Shown: piece by piece, positions 49,202-58,192 of the stretch
How positions within the stretch are numbered: the stretch's first letter is position 1
How the letters are laid out: every line of letters starts with the position of its first letter
Virus record (IMG/VR): IMGVR_UViG_3300047160_005727
Location: 64,001-128,000 of that record
DNA length: 64,000 nucleotides
From: a virus
Direction: 5' to 3' (one strand)
Position numbers and translations under genes: made by a program
The notes under the pieces: generated by a model
The model's database searches: none
What the model was told of the DNA's origin: nothing
What the model saw: the letters and a program-made list of their open reading frames with translations, nothing else

Positions 49202-50183
49202 TACCCCGGTCGACAGCATCAAGCTGGACACGGACATCTATCTGATCTCTATCAAAAAGCACTACTGGAGCGGCGAGCACGTGCTCGATGACAGGGCCAA
49301 GGCCCGGGTCGAAGTCAAGGGCCAGACGGTTGACTCCGATCTGCTCAAGAAGTCGACCGTGCTCTTGATCCCCAAGAAGCTGCGGAGCGTGTTGACGCCT
49401 GGCTACTCGGCGGTCGATAGCGTGATCATCCGGTACACTACTAACTTCACCGGTGCCCGGGCGCTCGCTGCGGCATCCAAGGCTGCCTTCTTCAAGGACC
49501 TGAAGGAAGCTCGGGCCATCCTGGACGAATGCGTCGAGAGCTTCGTCGAGCGCTATCCCGACGAGGTCATCGAGTACAACAAGGCGCGTTGGGAGAAGAC
49601 CCTGGGCGATGACTATCCGTTGTTCATCGGTCGGTTGATCCCGAGCGCCGACGCTGTTGGTTCGCGGTACGGCTACAGTGTCCGCGACATCCGCCGGCTG
49701 GAAGCCCCCAGCGCCGAGTACAAGGCGCTGCTCAAGCTCGACAAGGAGATGCTCGCTGAGGTCCGCAAGAACAAGCGAGCCGACTACGAGGCGGCCATGG
49801 ATGAGCTGGTGTCCGGTCCTCGACTGACACTGGCTTCAGCCATGGACGATCTGATCAAGCAGCTCTCTGCGGGCAAGATCCTCAAGCGGGGGTCATTCAA
49901 CGGCGTGCTGGATGCTATCGCTCTCAACCGGGCGTTCGCCGGCACCATCACCGATGCCAAGTTGCTGGCGGCAGCAACGGCACTCGAGAAGAAGATCGGC
50001 GAGGCGATCGAAGATGCCGAGACCAACGTGAGCAGCACCCAGACCTGGTCTGATCTGCTCTGGAAGCACAAGGCGACGCTCACCGAGGCCATCGGGCCTG
50101 TGGCTGAAGCCACCAAGGACTCCGCTGCGGTGGAGCAGGTCCGTCGACACCTGAATGCGAGGGTACGCCCGGTCGACGTGTGA
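49149..50183 (+). CDS. DUF3150-like helical protein
   Basis: 344 aa; I...YWSG...LL.....LLIPK..R pattern; mostly helical; start uncertain. Confidence 0.55.
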   Translation: MSTATMAPMNVTSDMSDDTPVDSIKLDTDIYLISIKKHYWSGEHVLDDRAKARVEVKGQTVDSDLLKKSTVLLIPKKLRSVLTPGYSAVDSVIIRYTTNFTGARALAAASKAAFFKDLKEARAILDECVESFVERYPDEVIEYNKARWEKTLGDDYPLFIGRLIPSADAVGSRYGYSVRDIRRLEAPSAEYKALLKLDKEMLAEVRKNKRADYEAAMDELVSGPRLTLASAMDDLIKQLSAGKILKRGSFNGVLDAIALNRAFAGTITDAKLLAAATALEKKIGEAIEDAETNVSSTQTWSDLLWKHKATLTEAIGPVAEATKDSAAVEQVRRHLNARVRPVDV

Positions 50184-50208
50184 GAGGTGAAGTTGACGGA
50201 GCCCTCAC

Positions 50209-50817
50209 GTGGGCATAAAGATCATCTACGAAGTGCCGGCTGCGGCCGGCACTGCCTTCACCTACTCGGTTCAAAGGCATGAAGACGGGGCGTTCTTCGA
50301 CTTCGAGCAGAAAACATTTCGTCCGCTCGAATGTATTGCGCCGCACGCAGCCCGTAGGCTGCTTCGCCGCGGCGTCAGAGGTCTGTTCGCTAACTTCAAG
50401 CACTCGGAGGTCGGCAAAAAGTATATCATCCTCGTCGTGGAAGCTAGCCCGCACGGCTCGATCATCGCCGAGGTGCCGGTAACCGACTACGGGAAAGGAC
50501 AGCACATGGATCCGAGTTACCGGAAAGGTAAGAAGTTCGTGGACGGCAAGGCGATCGATGCCAAGTATCGTCTCGTCGTCTTCGGTGATGATGGATCCAC
50601 CGTCTATACCGCTACTCTGTGGGAAGACGGTACCACTTCGTGCAACTGCCCGCGGTGGGGGCCGAAGCAGCCTGGCCTGGGTCGTAGATGTATCCATTCC
50701 GTACGGGCCGCGAAACTCACCGCCAATGTCGACGAGACCGGCGAGCAGCCGGGCCCGCCGCCACCAACTCCTGGTAATAACCCGTTCCGGCGGCGCTCCC
50801 GATCTATCGATACCTGA
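50209..50817 (+). CDS. SWIM-type zinc-finger protein 1
   Basis: SCNCPRW...RRCIH; possible internal start at ATG 50505. Confidence 0.7.
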   Translation: MGIKIIYEVPAAAGTAFTYSVQRHEDGAFFDFEQKTFRPLECIAPHAARRLLRRGVRGLFANFKHSEVGKKYIILVVEASPHGSIIAEVPVTDYGKGQHMDPSYRKGKKFVDGKAIDAKYRLVVFGDDGSTVYTATLWEDGTTSCNCPRWGPKQPGLGRRCIHSVRAAKLTANVDETGEQPGPPPPTPGNNPFRRRSRSIDT

Positions 50818-50836
50818 GCGCCCAAGGAGGATCAGC

Positions 50837-51157
50837 GTGAAACCATCTTTTCGGAGGGGCAAGAAGTTCCTCGGCGACGAGACTGTCGAACCCAAGCACC
50901 GGCTCATTACGTTCGGCAGCGACGGCGTCACCGTCTATACAGCTACCTTGTGGGTCGACGGCACTACCTCGTGTAACTGCCCGGCCTGGCGGTTCGCCAA
51001 GGGTGACACCCGGAAGTGTAAGCACTCCCTGCGTGCTGCCAGCTTGACCGCCACCATCGACGAGACAGGCACCATTCGCGCTACATCGGCCGCCACGGAG
51101 GAGTCCCAGATGGGATCCAGCCCGTTCAAGCGGCGCACCCGATCGGTGGATACCTGA
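50837..51157 (+). CDS. SWIM-type zinc-finger protein 2 (paralog)
   Basis: GTG start with SD AAGGAGG; SCNCPAW...RKCKH. Confidence 0.75.
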   Translation: MKPSFRRGKKFLGDETVEPKHRLITFGSDGVTVYTATLWVDGTTSCNCPAWRFAKGDTRKCKHSLRAASLTATIDETGTIRATSAATEESQMGSSPFKRRTRSVDT

Positions 51158-51432
51158 TGTTCCACGTCAAGTACCGAGACTTCTTCAAGAAGCTCGTGAT
51201 CATGGAGGGGCGATCCGACTACGAGGACGCCGTGTCCGAAGCGGAAGACTGCGCGAGCGCAGGCCATGCCGAGGTGGAGATCCTCGTTTCCCTTGGAACT
51301 GCCGACGAGAACATGGAGCTGGCCGAGGCTGACTCCCGTCGCTTCATCGCAACGGGAGTAGAGCGCGGATGGCCCAAAGACGGCGGCCTCGACTCTTTGG
51401 CGATCCCCACATCGCCAAGCTCGGGGGGTTGA
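51157..51432 (+). CDS. Hypothetical acidic protein
   Basis: 91 aa, TGATG coupling. Confidence 0.55.
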   Translation: MFHVKYRDFFKKLVIMEGRSDYEDAVSEAEDCASAGHAEVEILVSLGTADENMELAEADSRRFIATGVERGWPKDGGLDSLAIPTSPSSGG

Positions 51433-52151
51433 TCTACCCGTTCTCCATCCCGGCTCGCCGAACATGTCCGGGTAAGAGCCGCTTCTGTGCTGCGCTATGC
51501 TACGCCGACACCGGGTTCTTCGTGATGGAGAACGTCAAGCGCAAGCACATTGCTAACCTGAAGCGGACCCGCGAAGCCAGCTTCGTCGACGACGTCGTAG
51601 CCGAGATCAAGTCGCGATGCATCGCCGTCGCCCGCGTTCACATGGCGGGTGACTTTTACTCGGCCGCCTACGGCTGGAAGTGGGTCTCGATCGTACGCCA
51701 GTGCCACCGCACCACGTTCCTCTGCTACACACGGAGCTGGACGCAGGATGCGATCATGCCGGCCCTGGCCAAGCTAGCTACCATGAAGAACATGCATCTG
51801 TGGTTCTCCACAGATCACCAGATGCCTGATGCCCCAGCTATCCCCGGGGTGCGGATCGCCTACCTGATGGCGCGAGACGAGGACCCATCCCAGGTTCCGC
51901 CCGGTCAGCACCTTGTCTTCCGCGATAATGAACACCCGCCCATGAAGCGGGCCAACGGCGTGCTTGTTTGCCCTTATGAACAGGGCATCGACCGCCAGGT
52001 TAAGATCACGTGTTCGAGTTGTCGTATTTGTTGGACGCCAGAAAGGAAGAACCATGGCAACGAAGAAGAGAACCCGCGCAAGTCGCACTGCGAAGCCCTC
52101 CGTCGGCGCCTCCGCCAGCGGAAAGCCAAGCGAACCCGCCGGCCACGGTGA
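51369..52151 (+). CDS. GP88-like protein (divergent radical-SAM-like Cys motif)
   Basis: FSIPA..TCPG....C...CYA, RVHMAGDFYS, CYTRSW, and C-terminal CP...TCSSCRIC. Confidence 0.7.
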   Translation: MAQRRRPRLFGDPHIAKLGGLIYPFSIPARRTCPGKSRFCAALCYADTGFFVMENVKRKHIANLKRTREASFVDDVVAEIKSRCIAVARVHMAGDFYSAAYGWKWVSIVRQCHRTTFLCYTRSWTQDAIMPALAKLATMKNMHLWFSTDHQMPDAPAIPGVRIAYLMARDEDPSQVPPGQHLVFRDNEHPPMKRANGVLVCPYEQGIDRQVKITCSSCRICWTPERKNHGNEEENPRKSHCEALRRRLRQRKAKRTRRPR

Positions 52152-52812
52152 GGGTCACATCCCGCCGACCAATGGCACGGAGCTACTGCTGGCCGACTCG
52201 GCGGCTCCCAATACGCACATCCATCTCAACGTGGGCGTCAGCGACCTGGTCAAGGTGCTCACGGTACACGCCAAGCAGCGGCTGCGGCCGCAGCTGGAAG
52301 CCAAGGTCGCCGAGATCAACCAGCTGGGCAACGAGATCCAGACCAAAGGCGTTGAGCTGAATGCGTTGTTCGTCAACGCCGAGGTCGATCCCGAACTCAC
52401 CAAGCGTTGCGAGGTGCTGCTTGAGGTGGCTGCGCAGCTGAACATCCGGCTCTCCTACGAGGTGACCAAGGTCAACTTCAGTCCAGAGACGTTGAAGTAC
52501 ACCATCAACATCCAGTTCCGTGGCGATATGCGCAGCAGCCACGTGGCTGGCATCGACAGCAACGATGAGGCCATCGAACTGCGCGACGGGATCGCCGAGC
52601 TACACGCTGCGCAGCACGTCTTGCGGCGGGAGGCCAAGGATCTGAGCGAGCAGCTCAAGCCGGAGAACCTCGACGAGAACATGCACTACGTCGTCACCAA
52701 GAACGAGCTGTATCAGACCGAGCTGGGCACCACCAAGCTCGATGCGAACCTGGCGGCTGTCGATGGCTTGATCGACAAGGCGCTCGGGCTGAAGCAGCTC
52801 ACTAAAAGCTGA
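52054..52812 (+). CDS. Hypothetical coiled-coil protein
   Basis: 252 aa, SD AAAGGA. Confidence 0.7.
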   Translation: MATKKRTRASRTAKPSVGASASGKPSEPAGHGEGHIPPTNGTELLLADSAAPNTHIHLNVGVSDLVKVLTVHAKQRLRPQLEAKVAEINQLGNEIQTKGVELNALFVNAEVDPELTKRCEVLLEVAAQLNIRLSYEVTKVNFSPETLKYTINIQFRGDMRSSHVAGIDSNDEAIELRDGIAELHAAQHVLRREAKDLSEQLKPENLDENMHYVVTKNELYQTELGTTKLDANLAAVDGLIDKALGLKQLTKS

Positions 52813-52831
52813 CACGTAAAGCTGTCATCTA
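52802..52831 (+). promoter_or_regulatory. Putative promoter, copy 4 (CTAAA-N17-GTCATCTA)
   Basis: Followed by the hairpin GGCTCAGT-TGCG-ACTGAGCC (52840-52859). Confidence 0.5.
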
Positions 52832-52892
52832 TCTGTGAAGGCTCAGTTGCGACTGAGCCATCCATCTTTTCTTTGACCAAGGAGGCTTTACA

Positions 52893-53663
52893 TTGGCCAC
52901 GAAGTCCATAGCCGAGGTTGTTACGCCGCGTATCCCCGGGCCGATCAAGGTAAACGATGCCGGGGCTCACGGACCGTTTGCTTTTGTCAGAGGCATGCAC
53001 CGGCTGATGTTTGACGAAGACTCGTTCGTCATCGTGCTGCACGGGGCGTTCAACGCGTTCGGGTTGATCGGGCCCGAGCACAACGGGATCAGCATCGTCT
53101 GCGAGAACAACAGCCGGGAAGTCATCATGACCCACCACCGCGCTCCGTCGGGAGGTGGGAAAGTCACCGATGATCAGCGCCGCGAGTACGAGCGGATCTG
53201 TGGTATGAACCAAGACGAGTTCAAGGAGTTCGTCAACAGTCATCCCAAGGTGCAATACAAGATCATGCTTCCCAAACTACGGCCGATCGTCAAACCGAAG
53301 CTAGGCTTCCAGTCTGCCGACTTCGCCGCTACCAAGTTCGCCACGGCGACAGACAAGCGACTGTTCATCGAGGACCTGATCCAGTTCTTTTGCAACCATT
53401 GTGAACGTGATCAGTTCACCCGCCGTATCTACGACGGGTTGTACCTGCATCTCGGACACATCGCCCACTACAACCTGCACCAGTTCTACAACACGTGGTT
53501 CGAGGAACCGGTCATGCGCGTCCAGTTCCTGGAGCATCACGAGAAGTACCCGGTACCTGGCGACTGGCGTGACGTCGCTGACGCATTCCAAGCGTGGATC
53601 ATGGGCAAGGAAGGCCAGGCAGTCCTCAAACACTATCGAAAGGAAGCAGGGCATGAGTCGTAG
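52893..53663 (+). CDS. Hypothetical two-domain protein
   Basis: TTG start with SD AAGGAGG; C-terminal GHIAHYN..QFY..WF motif. Confidence 0.7.
   Translation: MATKSIAEVVTPRIPGPIKVNDAGAHGPFAFVRGMHRLMFDEDSFVIVLHGAFNAFGLIGPEHNGISIVCENNSREVIMTHHRAPSGGGKVTDDQRREYERICGMNQDEFKEFVNSHPKVQYKIMLPKLRPIVKPKLGFQSADFAATKFATATDKRLFIEDLIQFFCNHCERDQFTRRIYDGLYLHLGHIAHYNLHQFYNTWFEEPVMRVQFLEHHEKYPVPGDWRDVADAFQAWIMGKEGQAVLKHYRKEAGHES
52920..52934. promoter_or_regulatory. 15-bp palindromic site, copy 5 (GTTACGCCGCGTATC)
   Basis: 27 nt after start 52893. Confidence 0.6.
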
Positions 53664-54855
53664 GCGTAGACGATACGGCGGCTCCGATCCTGACCTGCCA
53701 GCTGCGAAAGAGCTGGCAGGTCCGGTGGTCGGGGCCAAGATCCTGGGTGCTCGCTACCGCGAAGAGGGCTGCATCGCTCTGGGTCATGACTCGGAGCGGT
53801 GGCGGCTCACCGACGACATCAACGCGCTACTGGAAGATGATAGCCAGTTCATTGCTGGCGACTCACTTCAGGATATCAAGAACATACTCGAGATCAGGTT
53901 CCCGTCTCCGGTACCTGGCGTGAGCATGATCGAGATCTGTAGCAAGCACGACCTGAAACGGCACAACATGCCGTTCGGTGACGCGGTGATCAAGGCAGTC
54001 AGGAAGAACCCGCACTACAACGACTACCGCTACGGTGATAAGTACATCGTGAGCTGGCTGCCTGATCCGATCGGGATCCTCACCGGGTTCTCCATGACCA
54101 ACGATCTCTTGATCACCAAGGAAACCGAAGAGCATCTCCGCGAGGACGATGACTTCTACAGCTCGGACCTGGTGATCGGACGACGTGATAACTGGTACTC
54201 GATCGTCAAGTACCGTCCGACCAAGGCTGCGGCTCGCCGCAAGACCAAGGTCACCATCAAGAAGAATGACGATCATGCTACGGCCCTGCTCGTGGCTGGC
54301 CGCGATCTGAGGGTTGCTGCCGGGCAGGCCCACAACTCGCTGCGCGACGAGCTGGATAGCCTGGGTGTGAACCTGGTCATCTCGCGAGCTGACTCACCGA
54401 AGCACGGCTACTACCACAGCACCACCTACGACGAGGGCTCGACCTCGAACGTCAGGGACCTGCGTGCCATGCTAGTAGTTCATGCTGCTCTACGGGGCAA
54501 GCACGCCTATCGCTACAATGCGGAGTGGCTGAACTTCCTCCAGCTGATCAAGATCCGGCCCAAGGATCTTGACGATGACAAGTGGGGCAACTACCAGGAC
54601 GTCAAGCCATGGCTCGAAGTCGAGTGCAAGCGCAAGCTGCTGAAGCCGACCAAGATCATGACTGACGCCAAGGAAGCTGCTGCGGCAGCTGAACTCAAGT
54701 CCCGGACCTGCGCTTCCTGCGGCGCGGTCAAGGACTATACCTACGAGTTATTCACGCCCCCTGGAGAGCAAGTCCCCACGCTCTGTGAAAACTGCTGGGA
54801 GGCCAAGTTTGAAGTTCCTGATGAACAACTATCAGCCGATAGCTTGTCCGCCTGA
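53653..54855 (+). CDS. Hypothetical protein with C-terminal C4 zinc finger
   Basis: 400 aa; CASC...CENC. Confidence 0.7.
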   Translation: MSRRRRRYGGSDPDLPAAKELAGPVVGAKILGARYREEGCIALGHDSERWRLTDDINALLEDDSQFIAGDSLQDIKNILEIRFPSPVPGVSMIEICSKHDLKRHNMPFGDAVIKAVRKNPHYNDYRYGDKYIVSWLPDPIGILTGFSMTNDLLITKETEEHLREDDDFYSSDLVIGRRDNWYSIVKYRPTKAAARRKTKVTIKKNDDHATALLVAGRDLRVAAGQAHNSLRDELDSLGVNLVISRADSPKHGYYHSTTYDEGSTSNVRDLRAMLVVHAALRGKHAYRYNAEWLNFLQLIKIRPKDLDDDKWGNYQDVKPWLEVECKRKLLKPTKIMTDAKEAAAAAELKSRTCASCGAVKDYTYELFTPPGEQVPTLCENCWEAKFEVPDEQLSADSLSA

Positions 54856-54994
54856 TGAAGACCCGCCCCGTCCGTGGCCACCGCGGCAGACGGGCGGGCT
54901 CACAGGCTGCTTGTTCGGTTGTGTGCTCATGGCCGTCGTGTTGGCGGTCATCGTCTGGTTCCTGGTCGCCCTGATCAGGGCAATGAAAGGATAG
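54821..54994 (+). CDS. Small single-TM protein
   Basis: GCLFGCVLMAVVLAVIVWFLVALI. Confidence 0.5.
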   Translation: MNNYQPIACPPDEDPPRPWPPRQTGGLTGCLFGCVLMAVVLAVIVWFLVALIRAMKG

Positions 54995-54996
54995 CT

Positions 54997-55302
54997 ATGG
55001 GTATCGCCAGGCACGGTCCTGAGTTCAGTCCGGTGTCTCGCGAAGATAAGGTCAACGAGTGGGCTGCGGCCATCCAGACTGGCCTCCGGCATCAGGGCGG
55101 TGATCCGGTCACTGATGCCGAGGCCCTTACTTACGCAGATCGGTTCTGGATAAACCTGGAACATCGCTGCGTATCAGTCAAGGCCATCATGAGGGTGCCC
55201 GGAGTCAAGGCTGTCGAGTTTGCTTTAGCTGTGGACGACAAGCTGGTTCTGCTTGTCAGTGCCGCCGAACCCGAGGAGGAACATGAAACCAAGGATAGCT
55301 GA
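54997..55302 (+). CDS. Hypothetical protein
   Basis: 101 aa, SD AAAGGA. Confidence 0.55.
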   Translation: MGIARHGPEFSPVSREDKVNEWAAAIQTGLRHQGGDPVTDAEALTYADRFWINLEHRCVSVKAIMRVPGVKAVEFALAVDDKLVLLVSAAEPEEEHETKDS

Positions 55303-55546
55303 CAGGACCCTGGGCATCGGGCCCCACGATGCCCCGGAGTCGGTCTGTCGTCTCATTAACTGCACCATCAAGTTCAAGAATGGTGATAAGTGGGATCAAG
55401 CTGTCGTGGGCGCTCAGCTTGTGATCAACCACGCTGCCTTGCGGCTGCTGGTTCAGAAAGCCCATGACAACAAGTCGCGGAAGTCCAGCGACGGAGCGCT
55501 GACCGTGTATGCGCTTGGCCGCAAAGGGGCTACGCATGCCCCATGA
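55283..55546 (+). CDS. Hypothetical protein
   Basis: 87 aa, SD GAGGAGG. Confidence 0.6.
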   Translation: MKPRIADRTLGIGPHDAPESVCRLINCTIKFKNGDKWDQAVVGAQLVINHAALRLLVQKAHDNKSRKSSDGALTVYALGRKGATHAP

Positions 55547-56027
55547 ACCCGCTCTCAAACAAGGAGACGTCGTCGAGGTTTTCGGGTGGGTCATGCTCAG
55601 CAAGATCGAAGCTGGTCGCTACCGCATCAAGCGGGTCGAGGTTCACCACGGGTTGTTGACGTACGCTTTCGCCAAACCCAATGGCTCGAAGGTCATCATC
55701 AACCACTACTGCGACAGCGTAGATCCCTGGCTCCGTACGAGCCGTGATGATCCTGACCTCAACAAGATCGTCCGCGTTGTCATGAAGTCCAAGGGACAGC
55801 GCCTGCTCGCCGCAGGCGACTTGTGCCCGACTCCAGACTGCGGTCATGTCCTGATGATCGCTTCGCCTTCGGGCGGATATCTGGAGTGCCCCTCGGGGCA
55901 TGTCCACGCAACGCGGATCCGCTGCCAGTCATCAGGCTGTCGGCGGCTCGCTACTTCGTTTCAGTTCTACGTTGGCTCGGGGCACAAGGCGACTTGTGCC
56001 GACCACGATGGCTGGCCGTTTCCGTAG
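55536..56027 (+). CDS. Hypothetical protein with Cys/His-rich C-terminus
   Basis: CPTPDC...CPSGH...CQSSGC...CADH. Confidence 0.6.
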   Translation: MPHEPALKQGDVVEVFGWVMLSKIEAGRYRIKRVEVHHGLLTYAFAKPNGSKVIINHYCDSVDPWLRTSRDDPDLNKIVRVVMKSKGQRLLAAGDLCPTPDCGHVLMIASPSGGYLECPSGHVHATRIRCQSSGCRRLATSFQFYVGSGHKATCADHDGWPFP

Positions 56028-56028
56028 T

Positions 56029-56877
56029 TTACTTCCAGATCATCTCGGGAAGTTCTTTGTTCTCTGCGAGAGCCGCGTAGAGTGCGAGGGTGTTCGAGTG
56101 CTCTTCGATGAGTGCCCGCTGCGTATAGAAAGCGAAGTGTGAGAACAGGGCTTCACCGCAGATCATCGATGGCCGTCGCACTGCTGCCGGCTTCTCGCAG
56201 GACAACCACAACTCTTCATCCCTCCCTACCGCTCCCTCGAACTCGGCGAAGTCTTTGCCCAGCCACGAGATGACGTTGATCGAGCACCGCTCGTAGCCCG
56301 AAAGCAGATGGTTGTCGAAGGTGTACCGGTACATCTCACCGGCGTTCAAGTGCTGGAAGAATAACTCATGGAAGATGCGGACGTTCGCGGGTTCCTTCCA
56401 TGAGAATGGGCACTCGCAAATGTAGGTCAGGGGCCCGACGTCGAGTGGGATGGCGCCGTGTTCCCGGTGGAGGAAGTTGCAAATGCTGTTGTTGATGACG
56501 TTGCCGTGGATCAGGAATGGCTCGGGGTGAGCGACCCGGCAAGCGACGATCTTCTCGATGGCGTTGGAGGCCATCCAGATGATGTCGTCGTCGAGCCGAA
56601 CATAGACTGTGTCAGGATCACAAGCGTGCTTGTAGAAGTTACAGATCGTGTAGCCGCTGAATGGCTCGGACGGCTTGGGTTCGTTGTAGCGCACCTCGTA
56701 GAAGTCAGGGAAGTCAGCCACGAGCTGTACCATGTACGCGATGTCATCCGCATCGGCGGTGTTCACCCACCAGACATGCTTGTTGATGACGTGCCGGTTA
56801 CGCAGCAGGTGCTGGTGCATGATGTGCATGTACCTACGCCGGCCAGCCGGCGTTACTGTGACGACTCGGTGTCGCAT
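56029..56877 (-). CDS. Glycosyltransferase-like protein (GT-A fold)
   Basis: N-terminal VTVTPAGRRRYM, DxD-type motif VYVRLDDDIIW, and HFAFYTQR. Confidence 0.75.
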   Translation of the reverse strand: MRHRVVTVTPAGRRRYMHIMHQHLLRNRHVINKHVWWVNTADADDIAYMVQLVADFPDFYEVRYNEPKPSEPFSGYTICNFYKHACDPDTVYVRLDDDIIWMASNAIEKIVACRVAHPEPFLIHGNVINNSICNFLHREHGAIPLDVGPLTYICECPFSWKEPANVRIFHELFFQHLNAGEMYRYTFDNHLLSGYERCSINVISWLGKDFAEFEGAVGRDEELWLSCEKPAAVRRPSMICGEALFSHFAFYTQRALIEEHSNTLALYAALAENKELPEMIWK

Positions 56878-57536
56878 TTACACACCCACCAGGAATGATC
56901 GTGATATAAGACGTTCATCCCGCCTGATGTTCGCGCTGAAAAGTTCTTGACAGCATTGACAACTCCGGGCCAGAAGCGTTCATCGTAGTCATCGCCACAC
57001 ATGATGCCGCCGACTTCGAGCAGCTGCCAGTAGTTGTTCATGTCGCGCGTCACGTCCTCCTCGTCGTGCGATGCGTCGATGTAGATGAACTGCGCTGTGT
57101 ACCCAAACCTGCGCAGGAGCCTGAAGCCGATGTCGCTCGTGGTTGGGAGTGGAATGATCGCGTCCCGATAGCCTTTGTGGATGACGTTTGCCAGGAAGTG
57201 GTGATAGGTCGTCGGATGACCATACTGCCGCCTCATGGTGGTCGACCAGTCGGGGCTGTCCGGAGCGGGCGGCCATGCTTCCAGCGAGCCCAGCCAGGTA
57301 TCGACACAGATCATCTCGAATGGACGGCCCATTGCTTTCATGGCATCGGCCATGAAGAATGCCGAGTTTCCCAGCCAGGTACCGACCTCGATGATCCGCG
57401 ATGGTGCGACGTTGTTTATAAGCCCGAGAGCTTGTTTGGGGAGGTTGAAAGCGGTGGCGTAGTGAAGAGGGTATTCCCATGACGGGAAGCCTTCGTATGG
57501 ATCAGTCCCGAATAAGCGTTCCAGTAGTCGCGTCAT
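56853..57536 (-). CDS. Class I SAM-dependent methyltransferase (Methyltransf_24-like)
   Basis: IIEVGTWLGNSA, CVDTWLG, IYIDASH, GGIMCGDDY. Confidence 0.9.
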   Translation of the reverse strand: MTRLLERLFGTDPYEGFPSWEYPLHYATAFNLPKQALGLINNVAPSRIIEVGTWLGNSAFFMADAMKAMGRPFEMICVDTWLGSLEAWPPAPDSPDWSTTMRRQYGHPTTYHHFLANVIHKGYRDAIIPLPTTSDIGFRLLRRFGYTAQFIYIDASHDEEDVTRDMNNYWQLLEVGGIMCGDDYDERFWPGVVNAVKNFSARTSGGMNVLYHDHSWWVCKCDTESSQ

Positions 57537-58192
57537 GGTTTCCTGATCCACCAGGAACAGTCAGCGTTCGTGAACCCGAGCGGGCAGCCTGTCCGCTTCA
57601 CGAGTTCATCAACTGCGGCGATGACTGCGGGCGTGGAAGAGTAGTCGTCGCCGCACAGGATACCACCTGGCTCAACCAACTCCCAGTAGTTGTTGACGTC
57701 CTGTGCTACATCGGCCTTGATATGCGAGCCATCGATAAAGATGAACTGCGCCGTGTAATTCAGGCCGGCCAGGATCTCGTAGGCGATAGCGCTGGTGGTC
57801 GGGAAGGGAACGATCTTATCTTGGAGCCCCTTCTTGATGACGTTTGCCAGGAACTGATAGTAGACCGTCGGGTAGCCATAGCGGGGTTTCAAGCCACGGC
57901 ATTCGGGGATGACCTTGACGATCTCCGGCATCCACATCTCTTTCAAGCCGAGCCAGGTATCGACGCAGATCATCTCGAACTGGATGTCCATGGCCAACAG
58001 TCTGTCGGTCATGAAGAATGCTGAGTTGCCCTTCCAGGTACCGACCTCGATGATCCGGGTCGGCCTGACCTCATGGACAAGATCAAGGGCGATCGCAGCC
58101 AGGTTGAAGCCGGCGTGATCCAGCTCGAGTAAGTCGGCCGGAAAGCCGTCGTACGGGTTTGTCTCGAAGAGCTGCTCAAGCATTCCCATCAT
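57533..58192 (-). CDS. Class I SAM-dependent methyltransferase (Methyltransf_24-like), paralog
   Basis: IIEVGTWKGNSA, CVDTWLG, IFIDGSH, GGILCGDDY. Confidence 0.9.
   Translation of the reverse strand: MMGMLEQLFETNPYDGFPADLLELDHAGFNLAAIALDLVHEVRPTRIIEVGTWKGNSAFFMTDRLLAMDIQFEMICVDTWLGLKEMWMPEIVKVIPECRGLKPRYGYPTVYYQFLANVIKKGLQDKIVPFPTTSAIAYEILAGLNYTAQFIFIDGSHIKADVAQDVNNYWELVEPGGILCGDDYSSTPAVIAAVDELVKRTGCPLGFTNADCSWWIRKP

Noticed and set aside
38275-56027. tRNA genes in the structured intergenic regions
   Set aside because: No cloverleaf with a T-loop GTTCRA and matching acceptor stem was found by eye.
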